From NCBI RefSeq assembly GCF_006345805.1, contig NC_043004.1, positions 88,102,001 to 88,166,000 of the forward strand: DNA of 64,000 bases, written 5' to 3'. A program made the translations under genes and the position numbers. Positions 63,026 through 64,000 of the stretch are shown piece by piece (position 1 is the stretch's first letter; each line of letters opens with the position of its first letter). Below the pieces are notes generated by a model. It saw only the letters and a program-made list of their open reading frames with translations, did not search any database and was not told where the DNA came from. The DNA is from Octopus sinensis. Lineage: Eukaryota.

Positions 63026-64000
63026 TAGGTAATCTTATATATATATATATATATATATGGAGCTAGGAAAACCATAGATAAAAAATATATATGTGTTGGA
63101 TAGAGTGGATACTGACATTAGTAGCAAAAGCCCCACGGGGATTTATGGGTCCAGTGGTAATAATGGCTGGAGTTAGACATTGGGGAGGGGTGGTGGAGTA
63201 TTGTGTGTGCGTGCGTAGAGTGTCAGAATACATTGGGTAGTTTTGACGTGTCGAGCGCCAAATATTATAGTTTTCTGTCGTATGTATTTGTGAATACTTG
63301 TGTAACATTCACGGTATAGTAAGGTCAGTTTTCGTTAAATGGAATTTGTTTATACGGGTATACACACACACACACACACAAACACACAAACACACACACA
63401 CACACACTCATATATTTATACGTATCCACACACAAACACGCATATATATATATACACAGATATATAAATATATATATATATAGATATATATATATCTATA
63501 TATATATATATATATATGTATGTATGGTAGTTTGTATGTGTGTGCTCATGTTTTATATATATTTATGTGTGTGTGTATTTGTGTGTGTGTGTGATTGCTT
63601 GCTCTTGCTTACTGTTGTCAGGTGAATCGGAGGATGACCACTTTCCGATGTCTTTTGTGACTATACATTATTTATTCGTATACTGAGGCGCTTACATACG
63701 TATATCTTACGACATGAATACATATGCACATGATATATAGTTATACCAAGAAGCATACATATACATACATGCATACACATTTTTACGTATAAACGTGTTT
63801 ATATCAATACCTATGTGCACGTATGTTTTGTATATGTGCACGTGTTTGTATATATGTATATGTAATATATATATATATGTATTATATATATATACACACA
63901 CATATATATATACATATATATATACACATGCAATATACATATACATATACATATATATATATACTATATATATTATACACATATACACAATATATATACA

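Overview
AT-rich, repeat-saturated animal genomic DNA with no intact protein-coding gene. It reads as intergenic or deep intronic. The SINE families resemble the tRNA-derived OK/OR SINEs of Octopus (recognised from memory, not by database search), so the source is probably a coleoid cephalopod. Contents: dozens of SINE copies of at least four families; decayed non-LTR retrotransposons (R4/Dong, RTE, CR1, HERO/NeSL-like, a Tx1/L1-like ORF1); one full-length dead mariner plus mariner fragments and MITEs; four non-autonomous Helitrons; large microsatellite fields. A patchwork of direct and inverted duplications surrounds a 100-N gap (45.8-55.0 kb) and is probably partly an assembly artefact. Best candidate for an undescribed system: a family of 200-300 bp ORF-less elements in (TA)n/(TAT)n tracts, each carrying a minimal Penelope-type hammerhead ribozyme with a palindromic ACGU stem III. 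Four copies share a non-canonical CUGU-N-GA core. Other notable items: two internally deleted R4/Dong elements joining the 5' end to the 3' end (SIDE-like), a SINE with a 147-bp target duplication, a 320-bp fold-back palindrome, a pre-miRNA-like hairpin, and a pair of 24-nt candidate micro-exons 49 nt apart. Coordinates of degenerate repeats are approximate; ribozyme, TIR, TSD and hairpin coordinates were counted by hand.
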